Assembly: GCA_963786935.1 (NCBI GenBank)
Contig: CAWBAN010000001.1
Span: 96,001-160,000 of the forward strand
Origin: an uncultured bacterium
Lineage (GTDB): Bacteria; Krumholzibacteriota; Krumholzibacteriia; Krumholzibacteriales; Krumholzibacteriaceae
Reading direction: 5' to 3'
Length of the DNA stretch: 64,000 bases
Both the position numbers and the translations under genes were made by a program. Shown here piece by piece: positions 50,171 through 62,105 of this stretch (positions are counted from its first letter, which is position 1; each line of letters opens with the position of its first letter). A model generated the notes under the pieces. The model saw only the letters and a list, made by a program, of their open reading frames with translations. It made no database searches and had not been told where the DNA came from.

Positions 50171-53100
50171 ATGACATTGCTTGCCGCGAACCGCGCAGCG
50201 AAATCCCGGCCCCGTCGATCGCCCCTGCCGGGACTCCTCGGCGCTTTGCTTGCCGCGGTTCTCTTCCTCTCCGGTTCCCTCCGGGCGCAAACGCTCGAGA
50301 TCGATCTGCTCCGCATGATCGAGCGCGCCGAGCCGCGGTACTACATCGCGGAGCGGGGGGAGCTCCCGCCGAACTACATCATGCTCGGCGGCGTCAGCAC
50401 CAGGGGGGATTCGGTCGAGACGTTCCTCTATCCGAATTTTCTCGAGAGCGAATTCGACCTCAGGCCGGAGTATGTCGAGTACGACGACGCCACGGGGCTC
50501 ATCTACCGCTACCGCGTTCCCGCGCAGTACTTCTTTTCGAGGAAGGATGAGCGCAGAGAGCTCTTCTTCTATGCCGCGCCGCGCGACGTGACCGTGCCCG
50601 GAGCCACGATCGCGATCGAGCGGGTCGACGACCGCATCGCCGCGATCAAGACGGCGTCCACGAGGACCGTCTGGATCGAAGACGTCAAATACAACCTGCA
50701 TAAGGAACGCGAGGACCGGGCGGGCAAGGGGCTCCTCAACATCACGATTCCGATCTCGCTGCCGAAGAGCATCGAGTCGATCATCGGCAAGGGGGAGGAG
50801 ACCAATCTCACCGTGCAGGGGAGCGAGAAGATCGCGATATCGGGCCGCTCCGACTGGTGCTCGAACTGTCCGAAGACCGAAGGGCAGGTGCGGCAGGAGA
50901 AATTCCCCGATCTCAACATGGAGCAGGAGCTCAACGTGAACCTCCGCGGGACGATCGGGGAGAAGATCAACGTCGAGATACAGCACGCGAGCACGGGAGA
51001 GGGCATGCCGGCGACGAACCGCGTGCGGATCAACTACCGCGGCTTCGAGGACGACGTCGTCCAGCTCATCGAGATGGGGGATACGGATCTCAGCCTCTCC
51101 GGCGCCCAGCTCGTGAGCTACTCGGGCACCGCGAAAGGGCTCTTCGGCGTGAAGGCGATCCTGAAGCCGGGGCCGCTCGAGGCCACCTTCATCGCGAGCA
51201 AGGAGGAGGGGGAAACGGCGACCGGCTCGTTCAGCGCGTCGGGGGGGCAGGAGACCGAGACGAGGATCAACGACTACGATTTTCTCGAGCGGCAGTTCTT
51301 CTACTTCGAGAATCCGGGGAAGAGCTTTCACCCCGACTCCATCCTGGCGGGGTTCGGCACGATCTTCCCCGTCATCGGCGGGGCGAACAACGACGAAATC
51401 GAGGTGTTCGTCTCGCTCGGCCCGCAGGAGCCCCAGAACGATTTCGAGTACACGGGAAACGCCTTCGTCGACCGCGACAACCAGCGGTTCCGGATCTGGA
51501 ACGATCCGGCGAATTCCGCTCCCGACGACAGCTTGGGAATCCCGCTGTACGGCAGATACAAGCAGCTCTTCATCGAGGACGGCGATTTCTCGCTCATCCG
51601 GGACTACTCTTCGACCACCAACGACGTTCGCTACATCGGCATCGAGCTCGCCACCCCGCTCGAGGAGACGCGCCGGCTCGTCGTGCGCTACCGGGCGCGG
51701 AAAATCATCACGGAGGGGGTGTATGAGGAGTATAACGTCGGCAACTACCGGAACTACAAGCCGGCGGCGAGCGCCCAGACGGGGTTCGTCGGCAAGGCGC
51801 TCTGCCTGCTCAAGAGCGAAACGACGGGGCAGCGCGCGACCGACCCGACGTGGAACCTCATGATGCGCAACGTGTACTCGATCGGTTCGAGTCAGGTCGA
51901 TCCGCTCTCGCTGACGCTCCGCATCGAGGACACCTCGAACGAGACCAACCGGAACATTCACCCGGCGTCGGGGCTCAGCTACCTCCGGATCTTCGGCCTC
52001 GATCGCGTCATCAACGCGACGGGGCTCGCCGGCAAGGACGATCTCGTCGACAACACGCTCGGCGTGATCGATTACGACCGCGGCTACATCATGTTCCCCT
52101 GGTTCGAGCCGTTCAATCCGCCGGCCGCCGTCGTCGATACGTTTCTCGCCGACGACACCGATCCCCGCGAAACGGGCTTCGATTACTCGGAGATCGAGCT
52201 CGACGAGGGGCTCTACCTCCAGGCGCTCACGGACCAGATCAAGGCGAACAACCACAAGTACGTCATCGTCATCGAATCCTCGAGCGGCCAGCGCGTGTTC
52301 CAGCTCGCCGCCTACGACATCATCGAGGGGAGCGAGACGGTCACCGTCGACGGGGTGCGGCTCGCGCGCGACGTCGATTACACGATCGACTACGCGAGCG
52401 GCGTGGTCACCCTGAAGACGGCGAGCGTCTATCCCGATTCGAAGATCAACATCGACTACCAGCACAAGCCGCTCGTCGGCGGCGGGAAGAACTCGCTCCT
52501 CGGCTTCAACGCGAATCTCACCCTCTCGGAGAATTCCCGGATCAACGGGACGTTCCTCTACAGCGCGATGGGGGCGCCGAAGTACCTGCCCCGCCTCGGC
52601 GAGGAGCCGAGCCGCATGATGGCCGCCGATATCAACGGCAGCTTCGTGTTCCATCCGAACCTGATGACGCGGGCGGCGAACCTGCTCCCCCGCGTCGACA
52701 CGAACGCGCAGAGCACCCTCAACCTCGGCGGCGAGCTCGCGGTCAGCATGCCCGATCCGAACGTCAAGGGGGACGCGAGCGTCGACGACATGGAGGGGGT
52801 CGAGGAGACGAACGGGGTGAACATGCTGCGTCGGAGCTGGTATCCGGCGAGCCCGGCATGGACCGTCGTCGGCGGCGTCGATTCGCTCTGCGAGGCCGAT
52901 TCGCAGGCCGTGTACCGCTGGTACAACGCGGCGAGGACCAGCAAGCAGGAGTACCTCATCACGAGCAGGCGCGATCTCAATCCCGGCCTCGACGAGCGCG
53001 AGAACTCCTCGGTGTCCTCTCTCTTCCTCAGCGCGATCAACCCCCGGCCCGATCAGTGGTGCGGTATCATGACGGGATTCCCCGGCGGCGGGCTCGATCT

Positions 53101-56100
53101 CTCGAACGCGCAGTATCTCGAGATCTGGGTGAACGATTTCAACACGAATTTCACGAACGATCCCGCTGACCCGCTGCATCCGCTGCGGGGCGGCGTCGTC
53201 CACATCGATTTCGGGCGCATCGACGAGGATTTCTATCAGCCCGACAAGGACGCGTTCGACAGCGAGGACAAGCCGCCGTACGGCTGGTCGATCGACGAAG
53301 ACACCGGTTTCGACGGGGACAACTGCACCTACCCGACCGATTTTTCGGACGCGAACTGGGTCGCGAACGAGAGCTGCTACAAAGGCATCAACTGCCGGAA
53401 GGGTAACGGGATGCAGGATTCCGAGGATCTGAACGGCAGCGGATACCTCGAACAGCTGAACGCGTACTATACGGTGACCTTCGATCTCGCGCAGGCGGCC
53501 GAGATAGACGTCCAGCGCGATTTCCCCCTCACGGATCCGGCGTACGCGGATTACTGGTCCGATCCCGCCAAGACGCTTAATCCGAGCAAGGGGTGGCGCA
53601 AGTACCGTATCGACCTCGCGAAGGCCGGCGTGGTAAAGGGCGAGCCCCGTCTCGACGCCATCCAGCACATGCGGATATGGATAGAGCGCCCGGATTCTCT
53701 CGTTACGGATACGACCGTCACGTTTTCCGACGCCCGCGTTCTCGAGATCGCCGAGGTGCAGTTCGTCGGGAGCCGCTGGGAGTATAACGGCATCCGGAAT
53801 CTCGAGGACAGCCTCGACGCGAGCGGCGCCGATCCCGGGCAGCGGCTCATCATCGGCACCATCAACAACAAGGACGACGCGAGCCAGTACCACCCGCCGT
53901 ACGTCGTGCAGGAGGAGGAGGGCATCGCGATCAAGGAAGGCTCGCTGCGCCTCAACTTCGAGAACTTCGCGGGGGGAACCTCGTTCCGCACGGTCAAGCG
54001 GTTCTTCGGGCAGGGGCAGAACTACCAGCAGTACCGCGCGATCCAGTTCTTCGTGATTCCCAACTACACGGTCGAGAACGTCGATTTCTACCTGCAGATC
54101 GCGTACGACAGCACGAACTACTACGAGATCGAGATCCCGTTCGACACGCTCGATTCGCGGCAGTGGGCGCTCGTGAACGTGAACCTGAGCGATCTCACGA
54201 ATCTCAAGATCGGCACGACCGCGGATATCGTCAGCCAGACGATCGCCGACGCCCTCGATCCGTCGCGCGTGTACACGGCCACGCTGCGGGGCAATCCGAC
54301 GCTCTTCAACGTCCGCTTCCTCTACGCGGGCGTCCGGAACCGGACCGACCGGACGATCCCCGCGGGGGAGATCTGGCTCGACGACCTCCGGCTCACGGAG
54401 GTGCGCCGGGACGTCGATCACGCCGAGAGCGTGCGGCTCGCGGCGGATTTCGCGGGGATCCTCCAGCTGAACACGAGCTACACGAGAACGGGGGCCGAGT
54501 TCCGGTCGCTCCGGCAGACCAAGGGGAGCGGCTCGACGAGCAGCAGCCTGAACATCAACGGGAAGACGGAGATCAACCACCTCGTCCCGACCGCCCGCTT
54601 CAACCTGCCGCTCAGCTTCCAGTACAACACGACCGACCAGCTCCCGAAGTACATGCTCAACAGCGACGTCGAGATCGCCGATCCGGCCGTGCAGGACAGC
54701 CTGAAGACCGTTTCGGCGAACTACGGCTTCAACGTGTCGCTGAGCAGGCGCGGATCGACCAACTCGCTCATGCGGATCCTGTTCGACAACCTCCGCGCCG
54801 GATACAGCTATTCGAAACGCTACAACTACTCGCCCATGACGCGCGACACGACCTGGACGATGAACGGGAATCTCAGCTATCAGATCCAGTTCCGGGACAA
54901 GCGGGAGCTCACGCTCTTCAAGGGCATCAAGTGGCGGTACTGGCTCGCGCAGCTGTCGTACGAAACGAGCGCGAGCCGCCAGACGAGGCAGCAGTACACG
55001 CGGAGCGGCACGAGCGATTTCGTGCAGCGGCCGTATTTCTACGACGCGCGATGGAACAACGCGTTCAACACGCTCTACGAGCCCTTCGACGCGGTCAAGA
55101 TCACGTTCAACCTGAGCGAACAGCGCGATCTGGCGGTCGACCATTACCTCGGCAATCTGCCCATCGGCACGGAAACGAGCTTCGGGCACCAATTGAGCCT
55201 CAATTATCAGCCGAGCCCCACGACGCCGATCCTGTCCGAGTTCAATCCGCGGTTCGACTACCAGAGCAAGTACGGCGAGGATCTGTCCCCCGGCAAACGG
55301 CAGGAGGGGGATCCCTTCGGAACGCGGTACATCAACAATCAGCGCGACATCACGTTCGCCTTCATGGTGGACGCGGGGCGGTACATCACGTTCCTCGGCG
55401 AGAAGACGCACCTCCTCAAGGAGGGGGAGTCGTCGGGGCGGGGGGAGCGAGCGCCGGCGCGTCCCGTGCGGCTCCGATGTCGGCCGATCAGCGGGCGGCG
55501 ATGCTGAAGCGGCAGCGCGAGGAGGAGGCGGCCCGGCGCCGGGAGGATGCCGGCAAGATCTCCGCGCTCGATGAGGAGGGCACGCCCGCCGCTCAGACGC
55601 CGACGCCGGGCCAGCCCCCGTCCGGCCAGCCCCCGTCCGCCCCCCCGGCGGGAGGGCTCGCGGACCTCGGGATGCGGCGCGTCCAGGGGGACACGTCGGC
55701 CGCCGCGGCCGACACGACGGGCCTCGCGAGGGCGGACACGTCCGCGGCGCCCGATACGGCGGCGGCGAAGCGGCGCGACGCGCTCAAACCGGTGCGATGG
55801 CTCGTGCGGCTCCTCGGATCGATCGAGCCGATCAACGCGAACGTCAATCTGGATCACCGCAGCTCGTACGAGCGGATCTACGAGCGGGCGGATCTCTCCT
55901 ATCAGCTCGGATTCACCGACGAGGCGGGCGTTCCGAGCTCGACGAATCCGGTCGCCGACGACGCCCCGCTCCGGTCGACGGACAACATGAACTTCGACCT
56001 GCGCTCGTCGATCGGGATCACGAGGGACATCGGGCTCGATGCGAAGGCGAGCTTCGTTATCGGGCAGGACGAGTCGAACGGCAGGAAGAGCGAGAGCACG

Positions 56101-56673
56101 CGCTCGACGTGGCCGGCGCTGTCACTCAGCTGGAAGGGCATGGAGAAGTACCGCTACCTGAACCGGTATTTCAACCAGAGCAATCTCGTGATTGTGTTCG
56201 AGCGGCGGACGAGCGAGAATCAGAGCGGGCTGGAGGACGCCTATTCGCTGACGCCGAACTGGACCCTCGAATGGAAGAACAAGCTGTCGAGCAACCTGAG
56301 CCTCACCTACAACAAGAAGACGAGGGTGAAGAACGAGCAGGAGCTCTGGGACCGGAGCTATTCGGGGCTCGTCGCCCTCAAGTACAACATCGAGGGAAGC
56401 CGGGGATTCGGCATTCCGCTCCCGTTCCTGAACAAGAAGAAAATCAGCTTCAAGAGCCTGCTCACCACGGGGCTCAACGTCCAGTACAGCAGGGCGTCGA
56501 CGCAGCTCGAGCCCGCGTCGTCGGCGCTCTCGATCCAGCCGAACGTTTCCTACCGGTTCAGCAACAACGTGATGGGGGGAATGGACCTCGCCTACCGGCG
56601 GGCGTGGGGCGGGCGGCTCGGGCAGGTGCGCCAGACGATCGACGTTCGCGTGAGTGCGGAATTCAAGTTCTAG
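50171..56673 (+). CDS. sprA: SprA/Sov-like giant outer-membrane protein (T9SS translocon homolog), ~2,170 aa; frameshift in G-run ~55440-55445
   Basis: Signal peptide; GTIGEKINV, INYRGFEDDVVQLIEMGD, GLFGVK, WNLMMRNVYSIG, DSEDLN, EIWLDDLRL; amphipathic strands and terminal Phe in shifted frame. Confidence 0.85.
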
Positions 56674-56683
56674 AGGAGATGCC

Positions 56684-57586
56684 ATGAACGCATTGATGAT
56701 GATGGTCGCCGTTTCGATCGCCGCGCTCCAGTGCGCCGGCTGCGCGCGGAGCGAGCCGCCGGCGTTCGACGGCGCGTCGGCGTTCGCGTTTCTGGAGCAG
56801 CAGTGCGCCCTCGGTCCGCGCTATCCCGGCTCCCCGGGACACGCCGCGATCCGGCGGTACATCGCGGGGAAGCTCGAGGAGTTCGGCGCGGGCGTGACGC
56901 GGCAGCCCTTCGAGGCGGTGCTCTCGACGGGGGACACGCTCCGTCTCGAGAACATCACGGGTTCGTACCGGCCCGAGGCGCGCGCACGGATTCTCCTCTG
57001 CGCCCATTACGACACGAGGCCGCGCGCCGACCGGGAGAGCGATCCGGCGAACCGCGCGAAGCCGATCCTCGGCGCGAACGACGGCGCGAGCGGCGTCGCC
57101 GTGCTCCTCGAGATCGCGCGCCTGTGCGCGGTCTCCGAGCCGTCCGTCGGCGTCGATCTCGTCTTCTTCGACGGCGAGGATTACGGCGAGGAGGGGCGCA
57201 CGGACGACTACCTCCTCGGCTCGCGCCGCCACGCGAAGAGCCTCGGCGCCCGGCGCCCGAACGCCGTCATCCTGCTCGACATGGTCGGGGAGCGCGATTC
57301 GCGCATCCCCATCGAGGGCTTTTCCGCGGCCGCGTCCCCGGCCCTCTGCGCGCGCATCTTCGGGATCGCGCGCTCGCTCCGGATTCCGAACTTCGTGCAG
57401 GCGAAGGGTCCGTCGATCATCGACGACCATCTGCCCTACATCCAGGCCGGCGTCCCCGCGATCGATCTCATCGACTTCGATTACCGGTACTGGCACACGC
57501 TCGCCGACACCCCCGACAAATGCTCGGGCGAGAGCCTCGCGGCGGTCGGGGCGGTGCTCGTCCGCTACGTCTGGGAAGAGCGGTAG
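56684..57586 (+). CDS. M28 family peptidase / glutaminyl cyclase-like lipoprotein
   Basis: Lipobox CAG-C; AHYDTRP, GANDGASGVA, FDGEDYG, LDMVG, DDHLP, WHTLAD. Confidence 0.9.
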   Translation: MNALMMMVAVSIAALQCAGCARSEPPAFDGASAFAFLEQQCALGPRYPGSPGHAAIRRYIAGKLEEFGAGVTRQPFEAVLSTGDTLRLENITGSYRPEARARILLCAHYDTRPRADRESDPANRAKPILGANDGASGVAVLLEIARLCAVSEPSVGVDLVFFDGEDYGEEGRTDDYLLGSRRHAKSLGARRPNAVILLDMVGERDSRIPIEGFSAAASPALCARIFGIARSLRIPNFVQAKGPSIIDDHLPYIQAGVPAIDLIDFDYRYWHTLADTPDKCSGESLAAVGAVLVRYVWEER

Positions 57587-57640
57587 GCCGATATTTTCTC
57601 TTGCTTTTTCCCCCTGTTTCAGCTACCTATTGGGCAGTGT

Positions 57641-57671
57641 GTGGGGCTCGGGACGCCCCATTTTTGTTTTT
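57641..57671 (+). promoter_or_regulatory. rimP leader hairpin with U tract
   Basis: TGGGG-CTCGGGACG-CCCCA-TTTTTGTTTTT just upstream of rimP. Confidence 0.6.
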
Positions 57672-57687
57672 ACGCGGGGACGGATCG

Positions 57688-58209
57688 ATGGAGCCCGAAA
57701 AGGATCTCATGGCGCTCGTCGAAGGGGAGCTCGGTCTCCTCGGCTACGAGCTCGTCAAGATGGAGGCCTTCTTTTCCGGAAGGCGCAAGGCGCTCCGGAT
57801 ATTCATCGACCGTCCGGAGTCGACCGTGACCATCGCCGACTGCGTCCGCGTCACGAAGGCCCTCGGGCTCGTGCTGGACGCGACGGAGACGGTTCCCGGC
57901 CCGTTCAACCTCGAGATCTCCTCGCCGGGATTCGCGAGGCCGCTCACGAAGCCGGCGCATTTCGCGCGGTTCCGCGGGGAGCGCTCGCGCGTGGAGTATA
58001 TCGACGACGCGGGGATGAAGACGACGGCGGTCGGGACGATCGAGGATTCGAGCGAGACCGTCGTCACCCTCAGGGTGGACGGCGCGGTTCGCGTCGTTCC
58101 GCACGAGCGGATCGTGCGGGCGAATCTCGATCCCGTGGGCGCGGGACGTGAAGAGGAGCGGGTTTCGCAGCGGCCGCGGCGCGGGAGGCGCGCCGGCAAA
58201 AGGTTTTGA
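57688..58209 (+). CDS. rimP: ribosome maturation factor RimP
   Basis: LRIFIDR, VTIADC, LEISSPG, RPL. Confidence 0.92.
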   Translation: MEPEKDLMALVEGELGLLGYELVKMEAFFSGRRKALRIFIDRPESTVTIADCVRVTKALGLVLDATETVPGPFNLEISSPGFARPLTKPAHFARFRGERSRVEYIDDAGMKTTAVGTIEDSSETVVTLRVDGAVRVVPHERIVRANLDPVGAGREEERVSQRPRRGRRAGKRF

Positions 58210-58266
58210 CTTTGGCCGCGAACTGAAATAGACTGAATCGATTATCCGAAAAGGGAGCATGGAACG

Positions 58267-59919
58267 ATGAATGGTGGTTTCGTCGAGGCCTTCGGGCAGA
58301 TCATCCGCGAGAAGAAGGTCGACAAAAACACGCTCGTCGAGATGGTGAAGCAGAGCCTCATCTCGGCGGGAAAGCGCAAGTACGGGCAAGAAGCCGAATT
58401 CAAGGTCCACCTCGACGAGGTCAAGGGCCTGCTCGAGATTTACCGGGTCTACCGGGTCGTCGAGGAAGTGGCGGAGCCGCTCGCGGAGCTGCTTCTGCTT
58501 GACGCGAAGAAAATGGACAACGCCGCGAAGGTCGGCGGCGAGGTCGAGGTCTATATATCGCTCGACGAGTTCGGCCGCAACGCCGTCCAGACGGCGAAGC
58601 AGGTGCTCATGCAGAAGGTGCGCGAGGCGGAACGCGACCGCATCCACGACGAGTACAAGGACAAGGTCGGCGCGATCGTATCCGGCACCGTGCGCCAGGT
58701 CGACCGCGGCAACATCCTCGTGAACCTCGGCCGGGCCGAGGCCTATCTCCCGATCCGCGAGCAGATCAAGAAAGAGCGGTACAACCAGGGGGACACGATC
58801 CGCGCGATCATCCTCGAGGTGGACAAGAACGCGAAGGGGCCCCAGATCACGCTCTCCCGCACGAGCGAGCTCTTCCTCCGCAAGCTGTTCGAGCAGGAGG
58901 TTCCCGAGATATTCGACGGCGACGTCGAGATCAAGGCGATCGCACGCGAGCCGGGCGGCCGGTCGAAGATCGGCGTCCATTCGCGCAACGACAAGGTCGA
59001 CGCGGTCGGCTCGTGCGTCGGCATGAAGGGCTCGCGCGTGCAGGCGGTCGTGAACGAGCTCCACGGCGAAAAGATCGACATCGTGAGCTGGAACGAGAAC
59101 CAGAACGAATTCCTCACGAAGGCGCTCGCGCCGGCGAGGGTCTCCTCGCTGCGCTTCAACGAGGCCGATCACCGGGTGCTCGCGATCGTCGAGGACGACC
59201 AGCTCTCGCTCGCGATCGGCAAGGAAGGGCAGAACGTGCGCCTCGCCTCCAAGCTCACCACCTGGAAGATCGATCTCACGACGATCAAGGAGATCGAGAA
59301 GCGCGACAAGCTCGACCAGAAGCTTCAGATGGACATCTCCGAGATGTACGGCGTGACGCAGCGGCTCGCGCAGAAGCTCAAGGGGGCCGGCATCCTCACC
59401 GTGCAGAAGCTGCACCGCACGCCGATCGACCAGCTCGTGGAGATCGAGGGCATCGGCGAGAAGACCGCCGAGAAGCTCAAGAACACCGCGGCCGAAACGA
59501 TGGTGGAGCTCAACAAGGCGCTCGAGGATCTGCTCAAGAAGGAATCGCAGGAGGTCGAGGAGCAGAAGCCGCTGTTCGACGAGTCGATCTTCGGTCCCGA
59601 CACGGTGAAGGAGAAGAAGGTCGAACCGGTGATCACCGAGGCCGAGCTCTTCAAGAACCTCGACGACAAGGAATCGAAACCGTCGAAGGAGGAGGACGCC
59701 GCCGGGCCGGACGAGACCGCGGAAGCGGACGAGACCGCGGAGGCGGACGAGCCCGAGGAGGAGCCGGAACCCGAGGAATCCGCCGCGGAGACCGCCGAGG
59801 AGCTCGGCGACGAGAGCGGCGAAGAAGATAATATCGAAGAGGCGGACGAGGACGAAGAGGACGAGGAGCCCGAAGCGGGAGATTCTCCGGAAAAGTCCGA
59901 TGACGCGTCCGACGTCTAG
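58267..59919 (+). CDS. nusA: transcription factor NusA with C-terminal HhH and long acidic tail
   Basis: FGRNAVQTAKQ, FEQEVPEI, AREPGGRSKI, SLAIGKEGQNVRLA. Confidence 0.97.
   Translation: MNGGFVEAFGQIIREKKVDKNTLVEMVKQSLISAGKRKYGQEAEFKVHLDEVKGLLEIYRVYRVVEEVAEPLAELLLLDAKKMDNAAKVGGEVEVYISLDEFGRNAVQTAKQVLMQKVREAERDRIHDEYKDKVGAIVSGTVRQVDRGNILVNLGRAEAYLPIREQIKKERYNQGDTIRAIILEVDKNAKGPQITLSRTSELFLRKLFEQEVPEIFDGDVEIKAIAREPGGRSKIGVHSRNDKVDAVGSCVGMKGSRVQAVVNELHGEKIDIVSWNENQNEFLTKALAPARVSSLRFNEADHRVLAIVEDDQLSLAIGKEGQNVRLASKLTTWKIDLTTIKEIEKRDKLDQKLQMDISEMYGVTQRLAQKLKGAGILTVQKLHRTPIDQLVEIEGIGEKTAEKLKNTAAETMVELNKALEDLLKKESQEVEEQKPLFDESIFGPDTVKEKKVEPVITEAELFKNLDDKESKPSKEEDAAGPDETAEADETAEADEPEEEPEPEESAAETAEELGDESGEEDNIEEADEDEEDEEPEAGDSPEKSDDASDV
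59710..59760 (+). repeat. 18-bp tandem repeat in nusA tail (DETAEA x2, DEPEE)
   Basis: gacgagaccgcggaagcg / gacgagaccgcggaggcg / gacgagcccgaggag. Confidence 0.7.
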
Positions 59920-59942
59920 ACGATGAAGGGAGTTGCGATCGC

Positions 59943-62084
59943 GTGGCCAAGATTCGCGTATACGAGCTAGCACGCAAATATACCATCTCGAGCGATGCCT
60001 TGATCAAGATCCTCGTCAAGGAGGGATTCGCGGTCAAGAGCCACATGAGCACGGTCGAGCAGCGCGCCGAGCTCCTCATCGAGCAGCACCTGAGCAGGGT
60101 CAAGGCCGCGACGAAGAAGGAAGTCAAGAAGAAGGAAAAGAAGGAGAAGCCCGCCAAGCCGCAGCGGCCGCCGCGGACCCGCAAGGAAAAGAAGCCCGAA
60201 AAGCGCAAAGAGGCCGATCAGAAGGCCGTCAAGGAGAGCGTGAAGCGCACGCTCGCGAAGCTCGACATCACGCGCAAGACCCGCCGCAGCCGCAAGCATC
60301 GCGAGGAGGAAGCGGTCGTCGTCGAGGAGGAGAACGTCATCCGCCTCCCCGAGTTCTCGACGGTGGCCGAGATCGGCGAGCAGCTCAAGGTCGATCCGAC
60401 GGAGATCATCCAGAAGTGCCTCGGGCTCGGCCTCATGGTGACGATGAACCAGCGGCTCAATCCCGACGTGATCACCATGATCGCGGACGACTACGGCTTC
60501 AAGATCGAGTTCACCGAGAGCTACGGCCATGAGCTGCTCCGCGAGAAGCGCAAGGGCACGCCGGAGCGCCTGCAGGGGCGCGCCCCCGTCGTGACGATCA
60601 TGGGGCACGTCGATCACGGCAAGACGTCGCTCCTCGACGCGATCCGGAAGAGCAATCTCATCGCCGGCGAGAAGGGGGGCATCACCCAGCACATCGCGGC
60701 GTACGAGGTCGAGACGGGGCGCGGGCGGATCACCTTCATCGACACGCCCGGCCACGAGGCCTTCACCGCGATGCGCGCCCGCGGCGCCCAGGTCACCGAT
60801 ATCGTCATCCTCGTCGTCGCGGCCGACGACGGGATCATGCCGCAGACGATCGAGGCGATCAACCACGCCCGCGCGGCGGACGTGCCGATGATCATCGCGA
60901 TCAACAAGGTCGACCTGCCGAACGCGAACGTCGAACGGGTGAAGCGGGAGCTCCTCAAGCAGAACATCGTTCTCGAGGAGTACGGCGGGAACGTCATGGG
61001 AGTCGAGATCGTGGCGAAGACCGGCCTCAAGGTCGACCGCCTCCTCGAGATGATCCTGTTCCAGGCCGAAATGCTCGATCTCAAGGCGGACCCGGACGCG
61101 CCCGTTCGCGGCGTCGTGCTCGAGGCGCGCAAGGAGGAAGGCCGCGGGACCATCTGCACGGTGCTCATCCAGCAGGGAACCCTCAGGGTCGGCGACGTGT
61201 TCATCGCGGGAAACTACTACGGCCACGTGCGTGCCCTTCTCAACGAGCGCGACAAGAAGATCGACGCGGCTCCTCCCTCGACCCCCGTCGTCGTGCTCGG
61301 CGCCACCGGCGTTCCGAACGCCGGCGAAAACTTCGTGCAGGTCGAGGACGACCGGACCGCGCGGGAGATCTCCTTCAAGCGGCAGCAATACCAGCGGGAG
61401 AAGGACCGCCACGTCGTGACGCGCATCACCCTCGACGATCTCTACAAGCAGATCAAGGAAGGGGCGGTCAAGGAGCTCAACCTCGTCATCAAGGCCGATA
61501 TGGACGGCTCCATCGGCGCGCTCATCGACAGCCTCTCGTCCATCGAGAGCGACGAGGTGAAGATCAAGATCATCCACAAGGGCGTCGGCCAGATCAACGA
61601 GAGCGACGTGCTGCTCGCGTCCGCGTCGAACGCGGTGGTGATCGGATTCCACGTGAACGCGAACCCGGAAGCGATACATATCGCGAAGTTCGAAAAGGTC
61701 GACGTCAGGTTCTACGATATCATCTATCAGGCCATCGACGACATCAAGGCCGCGATGTCGGGCCTCCTCGAACCGACCGTCACGGAGCGGGATACGGGGA
61801 AGGCGGAAGTCCGGCAGGTGTTCAAGGTATCGAAGGTCGGCTCCATCGCCGGCTGCCACGTCCTGTCGGGAACCATCGTCCGCAACGGGAAAGTGCGGGT
61901 CAGGCGGGGTCAGGACATTCTCCATATCGGGGCGATCCTTTCCCTGAAACGCTTCAAGGACGACGCCAAGGAAGTGCAGGCGGGGTTCGATTGCGGGATC
62001 GGCGTGACCGGCTTCAACAATTTCGAGGAAGGGGATATACTCGAGGCTTTCGTGGAAGATGTGCAGAGCAAGTCGATCAAGTAG
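59943..62084 (+). CDS. infB: translation initiation factor IF-2
   Basis: MGHVDHGKT, DTPGHEAF, NKVD, SLKRFKDD. Confidence 0.98.
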   Translation: MAKIRVYELARKYTISSDALIKILVKEGFAVKSHMSTVEQRAELLIEQHLSRVKAATKKEVKKKEKKEKPAKPQRPPRTRKEKKPEKRKEADQKAVKESVKRTLAKLDITRKTRRSRKHREEEAVVVEEENVIRLPEFSTVAEIGEQLKVDPTEIIQKCLGLGLMVTMNQRLNPDVITMIADDYGFKIEFTESYGHELLREKRKGTPERLQGRAPVVTIMGHVDHGKTSLLDAIRKSNLIAGEKGGITQHIAAYEVETGRGRITFIDTPGHEAFTAMRARGAQVTDIVILVVAADDGIMPQTIEAINHARAADVPMIIAINKVDLPNANVERVKRELLKQNIVLEEYGGNVMGVEIVAKTGLKVDRLLEMILFQAEMLDLKADPDAPVRGVVLEARKEEGRGTICTVLIQQGTLRVGDVFIAGNYYGHVRALLNERDKKIDAAPPSTPVVVLGATGVPNAGENFVQVEDDRTAREISFKRQQYQREKDRHVVTRITLDDLYKQIKEGAVKELNLVIKADMDGSIGALIDSLSSIESDEVKIKIIHKGVGQINESDVLLASASNAVVIGFHVNANPEAIHIAKFEKVDVRFYDIIYQAIDDIKAAMSGLLEPTVTERDTGKAEVRQVFKVSKVGSIAGCHVLSGTIVRNGKVRVRRGQDILHIGAILSLKRFKDDAKEVQAGFDCGIGVTGFNNFEEGDILEAFVEDVQSKSIK

Positions 62085-62105
62085 GCATGAGGAGGGCCGC
62101 CTCCC

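Noticed and set aside
49826..55411. Very long antisense ORFs (1861 aa; also 42544-45612, 59967-63257, 22645-25128, 865-2898)
   Set aside because: Shadow frames of well-supported genes, expected from GC-rich codon bias; no recognisable motifs
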